Below are positions 17,658-26,643 of a DNA stretch of 64,000 nt, piece by piece. The number at the start of each line of letters is the position of its first letter. Position 1 is the stretch's first letter. The notes under the pieces are model-generated. The model was not told the DNA's origin. It ran no database searches and saw only the letters and a list, made by a program, of their open reading frames with translations. This stretch comes from an uncultured virus (IMG/VR IMGVR_UViG_3300026250_000242) (Duplodnaviria > Heunggongvirae > Uroviricota > Caudoviricetes): the IMG/VR virus record IMGVR_UViG_3300026250_000242; one strand, 5' to 3'. A program made the position numbers and the translations under genes.

Positions 17658-20216
17658 ATGGCCAGGATCAGAGAGGAGCATATTCGCGCCGCGCGGGAGA
17701 CGCCCATTCACGACACCTGGTCGCGGCTGGGACTGCCCGACGTGCGCACGGGCGCGGCGTTCCGTTCTCCCTTTCGGGAGGACAAGAAGCCGTCGTGCCA
17801 GTTGGGCGGCGCGAAGAATATCTTCTTTGACCACGCCACGGGTGAGAGTCTCGACCCGATCGCGCTGGTTAGGAAGGCGCGGGATTGCAGTTTCAAGGAG
17901 GCCGTGGCTTTCGTGCTGGGACGCCCGCTCGACGACCTGCTTGAATCGCAGGCGCGGCCCAACAGCCAAAGGACTTCGGGCGGAGGTTCTCCGCCGAAGC
18001 AAACGGCATCCCATACAAGCGGAGGTTCTCCGCCGGATGCCATTGAGGAACTGGCTCGGGTGCGCGGTTGGCGGCCCGAGGCCATCCGGGCGCTGGGTGC
18101 GGAGTCGCGCAATGCCCAGGCCCCGCGCGAGGTGCATTTCCCCATGCGGGACGGCGCGGGAGCCGTCGTCGGGTTTCGGCGGCGGCGCAGCGACGGCAAG
18201 CCTTTCTCGAACGGTTCGAAAGCGATGTCGAGCAAGGGCGCGAAGAACGGCCTGCTTTGTCCCTGGCCCTTGCCGGAAGAGGGGCCGGTGCTGGTGGTTG
18301 AGGGCGAAGCGGACGCCTGTGCGGCCCTGTCGGCGGGTTTCGCCGCGGTGGTCGCCACGCCGGGGGCCAGCGTGCCCAAGATGGTGGTGTCCGCGCTGCA
18401 GAAGATCGTCACCCGGCGGGAGGTCGTGCTCTTCCCCGATCCTGACGAAGCAGGACGCGGATGGCTGGAGCGTGTCGGACGCGCGCTGGCCAATGCTCGT
18501 TGCGCGGTGCGGTTCGCGCCGGCAGACGACGAAGACCTGGACAAGCGACTACGGCATGAGGGCAATCCACGCGAGGCGCTCGAAGCGCTTATTCGTGACG
18601 CCGCCCTGTTCATCATCAGGGACGGCAACTCAGGCAGGCGCCCGCAGAGCAACCTCACGCCGCTGATCCTGCCCAACGAAGCGCACGGCGAGCGGCTCAG
18701 CGACACGGCGCGGATGCTGTTTCCGGTCGTCGCACCCAAGCACGTGTTCTTTCAGCGCGGCGGCAAGATGGTGGAAGTTGCCGAGGTCGACCACGAGATG
18801 ACGCTCAACATCCTCGGTGCGGACGCCTTCCGTTCCCGCATCGAGCGGCATTTCGAGGTGGTGGTCTACCGCTCCGGGCCGAACGACAGCCTGCTGCTCA
18901 AGCCGACGGTCTGCCCCTGCGACACGGCCCGCGCGCTGATGGAGACGCTCGACGCGCGGCACGACCTGCCCACCATCGCGGGCATCTCCGGTTGTCCGCT
19001 CATCGACGCAGAGGGACGCGTTCTCGGCAAAGGCTACGACCCCAAGACCGGCTGGTTCATCGCCTCGGGCGAGACACCGCCCGACGTGCCGCTGGAGGAG
19101 GCAACGGCGTCGCTCTCCGCCCTGCTCGACGACTTCGATTTCGTCTGCCCCGGCGACCGCAGCCGGGCGTTGGCGTCGATCATCACGCCCGCGCTCAGGC
19201 TGGGCGGCATGCTGAACCTTGTGCCCTGCGACGTGGCCGAGGCCAACGCCAGCCAGTCGGGCAAGACTTACCGCCAGAAGGTCATCGCGGCCATCTACAA
19301 CGAAACGCCGCGCCTCATCACACAGCGCCAGACGGGCGGCGTCGGCTCCTTCGACGAGTCGCTCTCGGCACGTCTGGCCGAGGGGCGGCCCTTCATCCAG
19401 ATGGATAACCTGCGCGGCAAACTCGACTCGCCCAACCTAGAAGCCTTCATGACCTCCGAGCGGGCGTTCCCCGTGCGCGTGCCGCACAAGGGCGAGATGA
19501 TGATCGACCCGTCGCGGTTCTTCATCTTCGTCTCGTCCAACGGCTTCGAGACCACGCGCGACTTCGCCAACCGCTCTTCCATCGTCCGCATTCGCAAACG
19601 CCCACGTGAGACAGTCTTTCACGAGTATCCCGAAGGCGATCTGCTCACGCACGTCCGCGCCCGCCAACCCTATTACCTCGGCTGCGTGTTTGCGGTCGTG
19701 CGAGCCTGGCTGGACGAGGGCATGCCACGCACAAAGGAAGCCCGCCACGACTTCCGGGACTGGGCGCGCTGCCTTGATTGGATCGTTCAGAACCTGTTCG
19801 AAGCGGCGCCCTTGCTGGACGGCCACAACGACGCGTGCGAACGCGTCAGCGATCCGGGCAAGGGCTTCATCCGCGCCGTCGCCGCGCACGTCGAGGAACT
19901 CGGCAGACTGGGGCAGGAACTCACGGCCTCCGATATCTACGAACTGGCCGAAGAGAACGAGATCACCGTTCCCGGTCTGAAGCACTGGAACGAGGATACG
20001 GGCAAACGACGCATCGGAGCGGTTTTCTCCCGGTCGCTGAACGGCGCCACGGAACTTGAGATCGAGGATTACCGAATCGTCCTCGGCACCAAGGAAGTAT
20101 GGCGTGCGCAGTATTCCGACCACATGAAACTCAAGTGCTATACCTTCAATCACAGCAGTGTTGCCGCCCCTGTCGCGGCGGATGGCCCTGAAGAGGACGA
20201 CCTCTTACCCTTCTGA
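17658..20216 (+). CDS. Primase-helicase fusion (degenerate Zn-binding-like N-terminus, Toprim, P-loop domain)
   Basis: SPFREDKKPS, VVEGEADA...FPDPDEAG Toprim, SQSGKT Walker A-like. Confidence 0.8.
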   Translation: MARIREEHIRAARETPIHDTWSRLGLPDVRTGAAFRSPFREDKKPSCQLGGAKNIFFDHATGESLDPIALVRKARDCSFKEAVAFVLGRPLDDLLESQARPNSQRTSGGGSPPKQTASHTSGGSPPDAIEELARVRGWRPEAIRALGAESRNAQAPREVHFPMRDGAGAVVGFRRRRSDGKPFSNGSKAMSSKGAKNGLLCPWPLPEEGPVLVVEGEADACAALSAGFAAVVATPGASVPKMVVSALQKIVTRREVVLFPDPDEAGRGWLERVGRALANARCAVRFAPADDEDLDKRLRHEGNPREALEALIRDAALFIIRDGNSGRRPQSNLTPLILPNEAHGERLSDTARMLFPVVAPKHVFFQRGGKMVEVAEVDHEMTLNILGADAFRSRIERHFEVVVYRSGPNDSLLLKPTVCPCDTARALMETLDARHDLPTIAGISGCPLIDAEGRVLGKGYDPKTGWFIASGETPPDVPLEEATASLSALLDDFDFVCPGDRSRALASIITPALRLGGMLNLVPCDVAEANASQSGKTYRQKVIAAIYNETPRLITQRQTGGVGSFDESLSARLAEGRPFIQMDNLRGKLDSPNLEAFMTSERAFPVRVPHKGEMMIDPSRFFIFVSSNGFETTRDFANRSSIVRIRKRPRETVFHEYPEGDLLTHVRARQPYYLGCVFAVVRAWLDEGMPRTKEARHDFRDWARCLDWIVQNLFEAAPLLDGHNDACERVSDPGKGFIRAVAAHVEELGRLGQELTASDIYELAEENEITVPGLKHWNEDTGKRRIGAVFSRSLNGATELEIEDYRIVLGTKEVWRAQYSDHMKLKCYTFNHSSVAAPVAADGPEEDDLLPF

Positions 20217-20249
20217 TCTCGTCCCGATCCTCATCGCTTTGTTCTCGAT

Positions 20250-20288
20250 GCCCCTGGCGGTTTCTCCGTTTCAGGGGCTTCTTCTTTT
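20250..20288 (+). terminator. Intrinsic terminator after primase
   Basis: GCCCCTG/CAGGGGC stem followed by TTCTTCTTTT. Confidence 0.55.
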
Positions 20289-20393
20289 CTCATACCCATT
20301 TCGAGTGGCGGCAGACGGAGTCAGACGGCTTTGAGCCGGAACGAGACATAAGCCATGTCATAACAACACGACGCATCAATTGTCACCAATTTT

Positions 20394-20523
20394 ACCCACG
20401 CAATCCACGCAACCCACGCAATGGGTAGAACCTCCAAGGGATCGTGAAATGAAAATGGGTCATTTCATATTACGATTTGTAGAAAGATATGGGTATTGCG
20501 TGGGCTGCGTGGGTTACGTGGGT
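20394..20523. repeat. Inverted arrays of 3 x 9-bp repeats around an AT-rich core (putative replication origin)
   Basis: ACCCACGCA-ATCCACGCA-ACCCACGCA ... TGCGTGGGC-TGCGTGGGT-TACGTGGGT. Confidence 0.7.
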
Positions 20524-20533
20524 CGGAAGATTT

Positions 20534-20566
20534 CCGACAGTTTTCACCGCCGTCCGGTAAGTAACC
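20534..20566 (+). promoter_or_regulatory. Phage bipartite motif copy
   Basis: CCGACAGTTT-TCACCGCCGT-CCGGTAAGTAACC. Confidence 0.75.
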
Positions 20567-20610
20567 CTTGGAAACGAAAATTGAGAAACGCTTCCAAGGG
20601 ACACGACCAC

Positions 20611-21276
20611 ATGACGACACCGACGGCGACGCTCTATTTCGCATCGACCAGCCTCGATCTGCGCCAGACCGACAAGCCCGGCGACTATCCGCAGGACATC
20701 TACATCGACGACGTCTGTTACCGAAAAATCGATCCCCCCTATTTCGCCTGGCTCCGGTCGAGGATGGAGACGGCCAAGAGGTCGTTCGAGTCGGCCCGGT
20801 TGCCGAAGGCAAAGTGGGACGAACTCCGGGGGCGATTCAATCGACTGCAGGAGTGGGCTATCGAGCATTACGGCAAGGAAGTCTTGCAGGCAGCCATTCG
20901 CGAGTTCGATCCCGCCAACTACGCGCCACCAGTCAATCATCAGCCCGAGCCGTTCCTCTTCCCCAACACCGGCGACTGGCGTTTCACCGAGCCGGTCAAA
21001 CCGGCATCGGTCCGGAAGGTGGACGTCATCCGCGAAGCCGCCCAAGCCAAGGGATGGTCGGACGAACGCCTCTACCAGAATCGCGGACGGTTCTCGTTTC
21101 CCCTCGGCCAGGACTACGGCCTCGTCTGCTTCGTCGGTCCCGATGACGAACTCGGCGAGATCACCGAGACGCATATCGAAATCATCCATACCTGCGGCTC
21201 CCGCAAAAACTCCCTGCGCTTCGCCAACTCTGACGTGTTTCCGCCGCGCATCAGGAAGGCGGACGCCGCGTCATGA
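20611..21276 (+). CDS. Hypothetical phage protein
   Basis: ORF from ATG 20611 right after a motif copy; coding-like composition. Confidence 0.7.
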   Translation: MTTPTATLYFASTSLDLRQTDKPGDYPQDIYIDDVCYRKIDPPYFAWLRSRMETAKRSFESARLPKAKWDELRGRFNRLQEWAIEHYGKEVLQAAIREFDPANYAPPVNHQPEPFLFPNTGDWRFTEPVKPASVRKVDVIREAAQAKGWSDERLYQNRGRFSFPLGQDYGLVCFVGPDDELGEITETHIEIIHTCGSRKNSLRFANSDVFPPRIRKADAAS

Positions 21277-21542
21277 ACCCATCCTACCTCAACGGTCGCG
21301 AGGTCCTGCCGCCCGATGTGCTTGCCGAAGTCCAGAAGCACGCCAGCGGCCTGATCTGGATTCCATCGCCGAAGACCTTCTACCACGAACGCCGCCAACT
21401 CATCCTCACGCTTCGCGAGCAGGGCGTGCCGACCAGGGAGATCGCGCGGCTCGCGGGCATCTCCGTGCGGCGGGTCAATCAGGTCGTCGCCGGGAAAAAC
21501 GGCCACGAGAACCGACAGTTTCGGAAGGAATCCGGTAAGTAA
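21273..21542 (+). CDS. Small HTH protein
   Basis: Y.N..EVLP...L.EVQK...GLIWIP; C-terminal HTH GVPTREIARLAGISVRRVNQV. Confidence 0.75.
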   Translation: MNPSYLNGREVLPPDVLAEVQKHASGLIWIPSPKTFYHERRQLILTLREQGVPTREIARLAGISVRRVNQVVAGKNGHENRQFRKESGK

Positions 21543-21544
21543 CC
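21512..21544 (+). promoter_or_regulatory. Phage bipartite motif copy before the putative terminase small subunit
   Basis: CCGACAGTTT-CGGAAGGAAT-CCGGTAAGTAACC. Confidence 0.75.
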
Positions 21545-21658
21545 ACTGGAGCCCGGCGGATGAGCCGCTCGGGCCTGGAAGCGAAAATTAAGAGCGATTT
21601 CCCTCTCCCGCCCCGGAGTCCGGCTGTGGGGAGCGAATTCACACATGACGCGAGACCG

Positions 21659-22162
21659 ATGGCGAAGATGAACCGACGAGATACGGAAGAGTTGCAACGC
21701 TGGCAACGCAGCGAGGGGAAGGCCGAGCCTCCCCGCAATCGCGGCGGCCAGGCGGGCAATCTCAACCCTATGCGCCACGGGATTTTCGCCAACAAGTGCC
21801 TGGACGAGGAAGAGCGCGAGTTGTTTCGGGAGGTGATCGACAGCCTCTACCAGGACTTCACCTTCAACCGCTCCAGCGACTTCATCCAGATCGAGTTCAT
21901 CGGGATCAACACCGTGAAGTACATGCGGGCCGTGGCCGAGGGCAACATGGACGCGGCTCAGAAGCTGGACTCGATGATCCGGGCGAACATGAAGGACGTG
22001 AAGATGACGAAGATTGCCCGCGAGAGCGATCAACCGAAGGGACCGCAGTCCACGCCGGCGGATTGGGCGGCGGACCTGCTCAAGAAGTCGGGCGGCAAGC
22101 GGTCGGTCAAAGAGGGAGAAAAGAAGGCCGCTCCGAAAAAACGCAAGAAAGATGGCGGATAA
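21659..22162 (+). CDS. Putative terminase small subunit
   Basis: GGQAGNLNPMRHGIF resembles the GNxNAxKHG motif of TerS proteins; lies upstream of TerL. Confidence 0.55.
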   Translation: MAKMNRRDTEELQRWQRSEGKAEPPRNRGGQAGNLNPMRHGIFANKCLDEEERELFREVIDSLYQDFTFNRSSDFIQIEFIGINTVKYMRAVAEGNMDAAQKLDSMIRANMKDVKMTKIARESDQPKGPQSTPADWAADLLKKSGGKRSVKEGEKKAAPKKRKKDGG

Positions 22163-22401
22163 CACCGAACCGGCGATTCGCCGTACCCGCATGAACAGGG
22201 GCGATCCGGAGACGAGGCATGACCAAGACTTCGCATAAGACATGTTCCAGGAAGCGTTTCTTGAGATACGCTTCCAGGCTGGCGCGTTCTGTCATTGGCC
22301 GGATGTGTGTTTCTTCGGACTGTCTGAGGACTGTCTCTTCGGCTGTGCCAAGAGAGACGCGCCCCGCGAAGGAGCGCGTGATGAGGGTGAAGCCCGGCGT
22401 G

Positions 22402-23343
22402 TCAAAGACGTTCGAGGGCTTCCTCCAGACGGCCATCGACGAGGTGGGTGTAAATCTCGGTAGTCGAGATGTCGCGGTGGCCGAGGGCGCGTTGGACGAC
22501 CAGCAGGTCGCTCGTCGCCTCGTAAAGGTGGGTGGCGAAAGTGTGCCGCAGTCCGTGGGGCGAGAGCGGCTTGGCGATGCCCGCCTTGCGGAGCCAGTGC
22601 CCGAGCCGGTGGGCCACCTGCCGGTCCGAGATTCGGGCGGCCCGGTTCGAGAGGAAGAGTGCCTGGCAACCCATCGGAGCCTCGCGTCGGCGGTCGTTCA
22701 AGTAGCCGCGCAGCAGCGAGCGGAGGTCTGACTTGATGAACTTCACCTGCACGCAGCCCCCCTTGGCCCGAACGCGCAGATGCTTGGCGTCGAGGTCCAC
22801 GTCGTCCACGTCGAGGCCGACCAGTTCGCCGAGCCGGATGCCGGTGCCGAGCAGCACCTCGATCATCACCCGGTCGCGGCGGTCCCTCGCCGACGTGCGG
22901 CCCTTGAGTTCCTTGAGCAGAGCACGCTTCTCGGACAGCGTCAGGAAGACGGGCGGCTTTCTCGGCAGGCGCTTGAGGCGGATGCCTCGGGCGGGATTCT
23001 CGGCGGCCAAGCCGTTCTCGGCGGCCCAGGCGAAGAACATCTTCACGGCGGCCTTGAGCCGGTGGAGCGACGCCGGGGAGCGCTCGCCCGTTCGCGTGTT
23101 CAGAATGGCCGGTTCGGCCAGGGCCGCGTCCAACAGGCCGGGCGTCACGTCCGCCAAAACGACCGCCGGGCGCTGCGATTCGAGCGTCCGCGCCACGAGC
23201 AGCAGGTCCCTTCGGTATGCGCTGACCGTGTTCTTCGAGCGTCCGTTTGCCTGGAGGCTCCTGCAGAAGGCGTCCACGTGCTCCGCAAGTGGCGACCTGA
23301 CTTCGGCCAGCGGGATGATCGCCGCTTCATTCCTCGCTGTCAT
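22402..23343 (-). CDS. XerC/D-like tyrosine recombinase
   Basis: NTVSAYRRDL, TGIRLGEL, AKGG, SPHGLRHTFATHL, LGHRDISTTEIYTH (R-K-H-R-H-Y). Confidence 0.93.
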   Translation of the reverse strand: MTARNEAAIIPLAEVRSPLAEHVDAFCRSLQANGRSKNTVSAYRRDLLLVARTLESQRPAVVLADVTPGLLDAALAEPAILNTRTGERSPASLHRLKAAVKMFFAWAAENGLAAENPARGIRLKRLPRKPPVFLTLSEKRALLKELKGRTSARDRRDRVMIEVLLGTGIRLGELVGLDVDDVDLDAKHLRVRAKGGCVQVKFIKSDLRSLLRGYLNDRRREAPMGCQALFLSNRAARISDRQVAHRLGHWLRKAGIAKPLSPHGLRHTFATHLYEATSDLLVVQRALGHRDISTTEIYTHLVDGRLEEALERL

Positions 23344-23698
23344 TGGCTTGTTCCTTCTTCCTGCTGTAGCCCATGGGCGTGTCCTTGGGCAGCGGGAGGC
23401 TGGCGAGCCGCCCGGTTTCCTTGGCCCAGACGAGGAACATGCGGAAGACCCGGACCGTCTTGTCCACCGTCGGCTTGGCGCGTTCCTTCCCGCTCGGCAT
23501 CTTGAGCAGGTGGTCGGACTTGAAGAACTTGCCAACCTGCGGCGTGCGGATCGAGGCGAGCGGCTTGTCGCCGCCGAAGAAGCCCTCGATCAGGTCGAAG
23601 TCCTTGGCGTAGGTGTAGAGCGTCCGCTCCTTCTTCCCCTGCTGGCGCAGGTGTTCGAGGAAGGCCTGCGCGGCGTTGTGAATCGTCGGATTCGTCAT
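23327..23698 (-). CDS. Stand-alone integrase core-binding (SAM-like) domain protein
   Basis: FLEHLRQQGKKERTLYTYAKDF...TVDKTVRVFRMFLVWA; no catalytic domain; SD AAAGGAGA. Confidence 0.7.
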   Translation of the reverse strand: MTNPTIHNAAQAFLEHLRQQGKKERTLYTYAKDFDLIEGFFGGDKPLASIRTPQVGKFFKSDHLLKMPSGKERAKPTVDKTVRVFRMFLVWAKETGRLASLPLPKDTPMGYSRKKEQANDSEE

Positions 23699-23844
23699 CG
23701 TTCTGTATCTCCTTTTGGCTTTTGTTTTGGCGGGCCTTCGCGCCCGCGACATGGACATACACGCTTGGAACGGCGAGTGAAATCAAGTCGTTCAGGCGGA
23801 AACCTGGAAGTAATTTGAGAACCCCAGCAACGGAGGAAATACCC

Positions 23845-24123
23845 ATGAGAAAGACCATCGAGTGGCTGATCGCGCTGACCTTGGCCGGAACGCTGGCGGG
23901 GTGCGCCACGACGCAGCCCCCAGTGCGCATTCAGGAAGCCATCGGCACGATGAACGCCCACATGCCCGAGTACGTGGCCGAGGCCAACGCAGCCCTGGAG
24001 TCGGGCGAACATCCCGACGCGGAACGCCTGACGGGCGTCGGCGTCCGGCTTCAGGAAGGCATGGAAGCCCTGGACCGCTGGGCCGAGGGCGAGAACATCC
24101 AGCAGGAAGGCGGCGAACAATGA
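23845..24123 (+). CDS. Small lipoprotein
   Basis: MRKTIEWLIALTLAGTLAGC signal peptide with lipobox; SD GGAGG. Confidence 0.75.
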   Translation: MRKTIEWLIALTLAGTLAGCATTQPPVRIQEAIGTMNAHMPEYVAEANAALESGEHPDAERLTGVGVRLQEGMEALDRWAEGENIQQEGGEQ

Positions 24124-24398
24124 AGGAGATTCTGCGTGAAAACAAGGAGGCCGTCCGCGACGCCGGGCTGGCGCTGATCGATATCGGCTCGCAACTGGCC
24201 GCCGGGAAGATCGACGAGGCCCTTGGGCGGCTTGAGGCGTCCCGGCAGAAATACCGCGAGTGGGACGAACTCGACGGAGCCGTGGCCAAGATCGAGTCGG
24301 TCATCCGCGAGCGCGAGTCGATGCTGGCGGTTCAGCAGGTCGTCGGCGAGATGGTCGGCGTCATCCTGGGCGCGGCGTTGCGAAGCAGGATGGGCTGA
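24120..24398 (+). CDS. Hypothetical protein
   Basis: Coupled by ATGA/TGATG overlaps to both neighbours. Confidence 0.7.
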   Translation: MKEILRENKEAVRDAGLALIDIGSQLAAGKIDEALGRLEASRQKYREWDELDGAVAKIESVIRERESMLAVQQVVGEMVGVILGAALRSRMG

Positions 24399-25924
24399 TG
24401 GCGCGGCTCACGGCCCAGGAGCGCAAGATCGTCGAGACGCTGCGCAGCCCGATGCTCTGGGGCCAGGCGTATCTGCGCAACCGCGACGGTTCGCCCCGCG
24501 AGTATTGGGAGCACCAGCGCGAGGACCTGCTTTGCGAGGACCGGAACATCATCCACCTCGACGGGCGTGCCGTGGGCAAGACGATCAATCTCACGACGCA
24601 GGTTCTACACTACGCCTTTGTGACCCACGGGGGGCAGGGCCTGATCGCCGCGCCGCACCAGGGGCACCTCGACACGATCATCGAGGAGGTCGAGTTCCAA
24701 CTCGACGCCAATCCGGACCTGATGACCAGCGTGGCGCTGACCAAGTATGGCAAGCCGAAGATCCACCGGAAGCCCTACTTCCGGCTGGAGTTCACCAACG
24801 GCTCGATCCTCTACTTCCGCCCGGCGGGAGCCTACGGCGACGCCTTCCGGTCGCTGCACGTGGACCGGGTCTGGGTGGACGAGGCCGCGTGGCTTTCGGA
24901 GAAAGCGTGGAAGGCGCTACGCCAATGCCTGAACGCGGGCGGCACGCTGCGCATCTACTCGACGCCCAACGGCCTGCGCAACACGACCTATTACCGCCTG
25001 ACGCTGTCGGACCAGTTCAAGGTCTTCCGCTGGCCGTCGTGGCTCAATCCCGGCTGGAACGAGGAGCGCGAGGCCGAGTTGCTGGAATTCTACGGCGGGC
25101 GCGACACCTCGGGATGGCAGCACGAGGTCGCGGGCGAACACGGCAAGCCCTCCTACGGCGCGTTCAATGTCGAGCAGTTCAACCTGTGCCGCCAGGACGT
25201 GCTCGAATACCAGAAGGTCGTCATCACCGACTCGGAGCTGCGCGACTGCGAGGACGAGGAGGCGGCGCACGACCGGCTGGAACTGCTGCTCAACCTCATG
25301 CCACAGACGGGCGTCTTCTGGATCGGCGGCGACCTGGGCTACACGAACGATCCGACCGAGCTTGTCGTGTTCCAGGAGATCGACGTCGGCGAGCGCAAGG
25401 TACTGCGACTCGTGCTGCGCCTGCACATGGAGCACGTGACCTACCCGCATATCGCGCAGACCCTCGCCCTGCTGGAGCGCTACTACACGCCCGTCGGGAT
25501 CGGCGTGGACAACGGCGGCAACGGGCTGGCCGTCGTGCAGGAGCTGCTGACGCTGGACAAATACAAGGCGCTGGGGCTGGAGGGGCGGCTCAAGGGCTAC
25601 GACTTCGGCGGCATGACTCGCCTGGCCGTGCGCGACGGCAAGGAGGTCAAGAAGCGCACGAAAGAACTGATGACCAGCCTCATCAACGGCGCGCTCCAGC
25701 GGCGGCAACTGGTGTTCCCCGCCGAGGACCTGGAGATCGAGGACCAGTTCACGACGCACACCTACACGCTGCGCGACGGCAAGATCATCTACTCCAAGGG
25801 CAACGACCACATCATCGACGCCGTGCGCTGCGCGATGCTGGCGCATGAGGAAGGCAACCTCGACCAGGCCGGCGAGGAGATTGTCTCGCTCAAGCCGGTC
25901 TTCACCGATCCTGTGTTTATTTGA
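24398..25924 (+). CDS. Terminase large subunit
   Basis: GRAVGKT Walker A, VWVDEAA Walker B, YSTP, nuclease GGDLGY..DPT and DHIIDA. Confidence 0.92.
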   Translation: MARLTAQERKIVETLRSPMLWGQAYLRNRDGSPREYWEHQREDLLCEDRNIIHLDGRAVGKTINLTTQVLHYAFVTHGGQGLIAAPHQGHLDTIIEEVEFQLDANPDLMTSVALTKYGKPKIHRKPYFRLEFTNGSILYFRPAGAYGDAFRSLHVDRVWVDEAAWLSEKAWKALRQCLNAGGTLRIYSTPNGLRNTTYYRLTLSDQFKVFRWPSWLNPGWNEEREAELLEFYGGRDTSGWQHEVAGEHGKPSYGAFNVEQFNLCRQDVLEYQKVVITDSELRDCEDEEAAHDRLELLLNLMPQTGVFWIGGDLGYTNDPTELVVFQEIDVGERKVLRLVLRLHMEHVTYPHIAQTLALLERYYTPVGIGVDNGGNGLAVVQELLTLDKYKALGLEGRLKGYDFGGMTRLAVRDGKEVKKRTKELMTSLINGALQRRQLVFPAEDLEIEDQFTTHTYTLRDGKIIYSKGNDHIIDAVRCAMLAHEEGNLDQAGEEIVSLKPVFTDPVFI

Positions 25925-25942
25925 ATGAGCCTCAGGTAACGG

Positions 25943-26521
25943 TCAGGGATGCAGTTCCATCTTGTCATGCGTGTATATATTGTGTTTTTTCAACGCGCCT
26001 TCAACACAAGTGCGATCTATGGGCGAATTATTGGAAAATTCCGTCAGGAATGCTGGGATAAATGACGTGGCCTCACCTTTTGATAATTTGCATCTCGATG
26101 CGATCAAGAATAAGGGGCTGCCTTCTCCTATGTTGAAAAAGGACCAAGCAGAATCAACATTACTGCCTTCGCAAACTGCCAGAATGACAATCTTGTCTGC
26201 AATTGCTCCATCAAAGTATTCCTTTAGCAATTCATATGAAGTAACCGGATCTTTGCCTATTCGAATCAGTGCGGCATCTGGGTCATCTTTGATGCCTCCG
26301 TGACATATGATGACGAGGGAATTGTATTTTCCTGAATCGCGAGTACAGGCATTGGAAAAGTCCTTGAGGCTATCGGCGCATACTCTCTCGGACACTAATC
26401 CACCTGCCGCCAGAGCCGTTTGGATATCTTGCGACATATCGTGTTCCCAACCGTTAACATTTGCCGTGGCATCGACAATACGAATGGTACTGGGTCCGTC
26501 TACGTATCCTTGCACAAGCAT
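25943..26521 (-). CDS. AT-rich moron, putative caspase/CHAT-fold cysteine protease
   Basis: LVIICHGG and VILAVCEG His/Cys dyad motifs; visibly lower GC than flanks; antisense between terL and portal. Confidence 0.6.
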   Translation of the reverse strand: MLVQGYVDGPSTIRIVDATANVNGWEHDMSQDIQTALAAGGLVSERVCADSLKDFSNACTRDSGKYNSLVIICHGGIKDDPDAALIRIGKDPVTSYELLKEYFDGAIADKIVILAVCEGSNVDSAWSFFNIGEGSPLFLIASRCKLSKGEATSFIPAFLTEFSNNSPIDRTCVEGALKKHNIYTHDKMELHP

Positions 26522-26643
26522 GGATTGATGGCCTTTCCTTTAGGATGACTTTCAGCAAAACGGCTTCTACAGTCACATCCCAGAATGCTCGACGTGTGAT
26601 TGATGCGCAAGCTTAGTTTTCCCGCTAACCTTCGATTATCTCT

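Noticed and set aside
20380..20610. N-terminal extension of ORF 20380..21276
   Set aside because: It runs through the repeat/origin region and a promoter-like motif; ATG 20611 is the more plausible start
22228..22255. The host chromosomal dif site
   Set aside because: Only the left arm is XerC-like; the canonical XerD arm TTATGTTAAAT is absent, and the site lies inside a prophage
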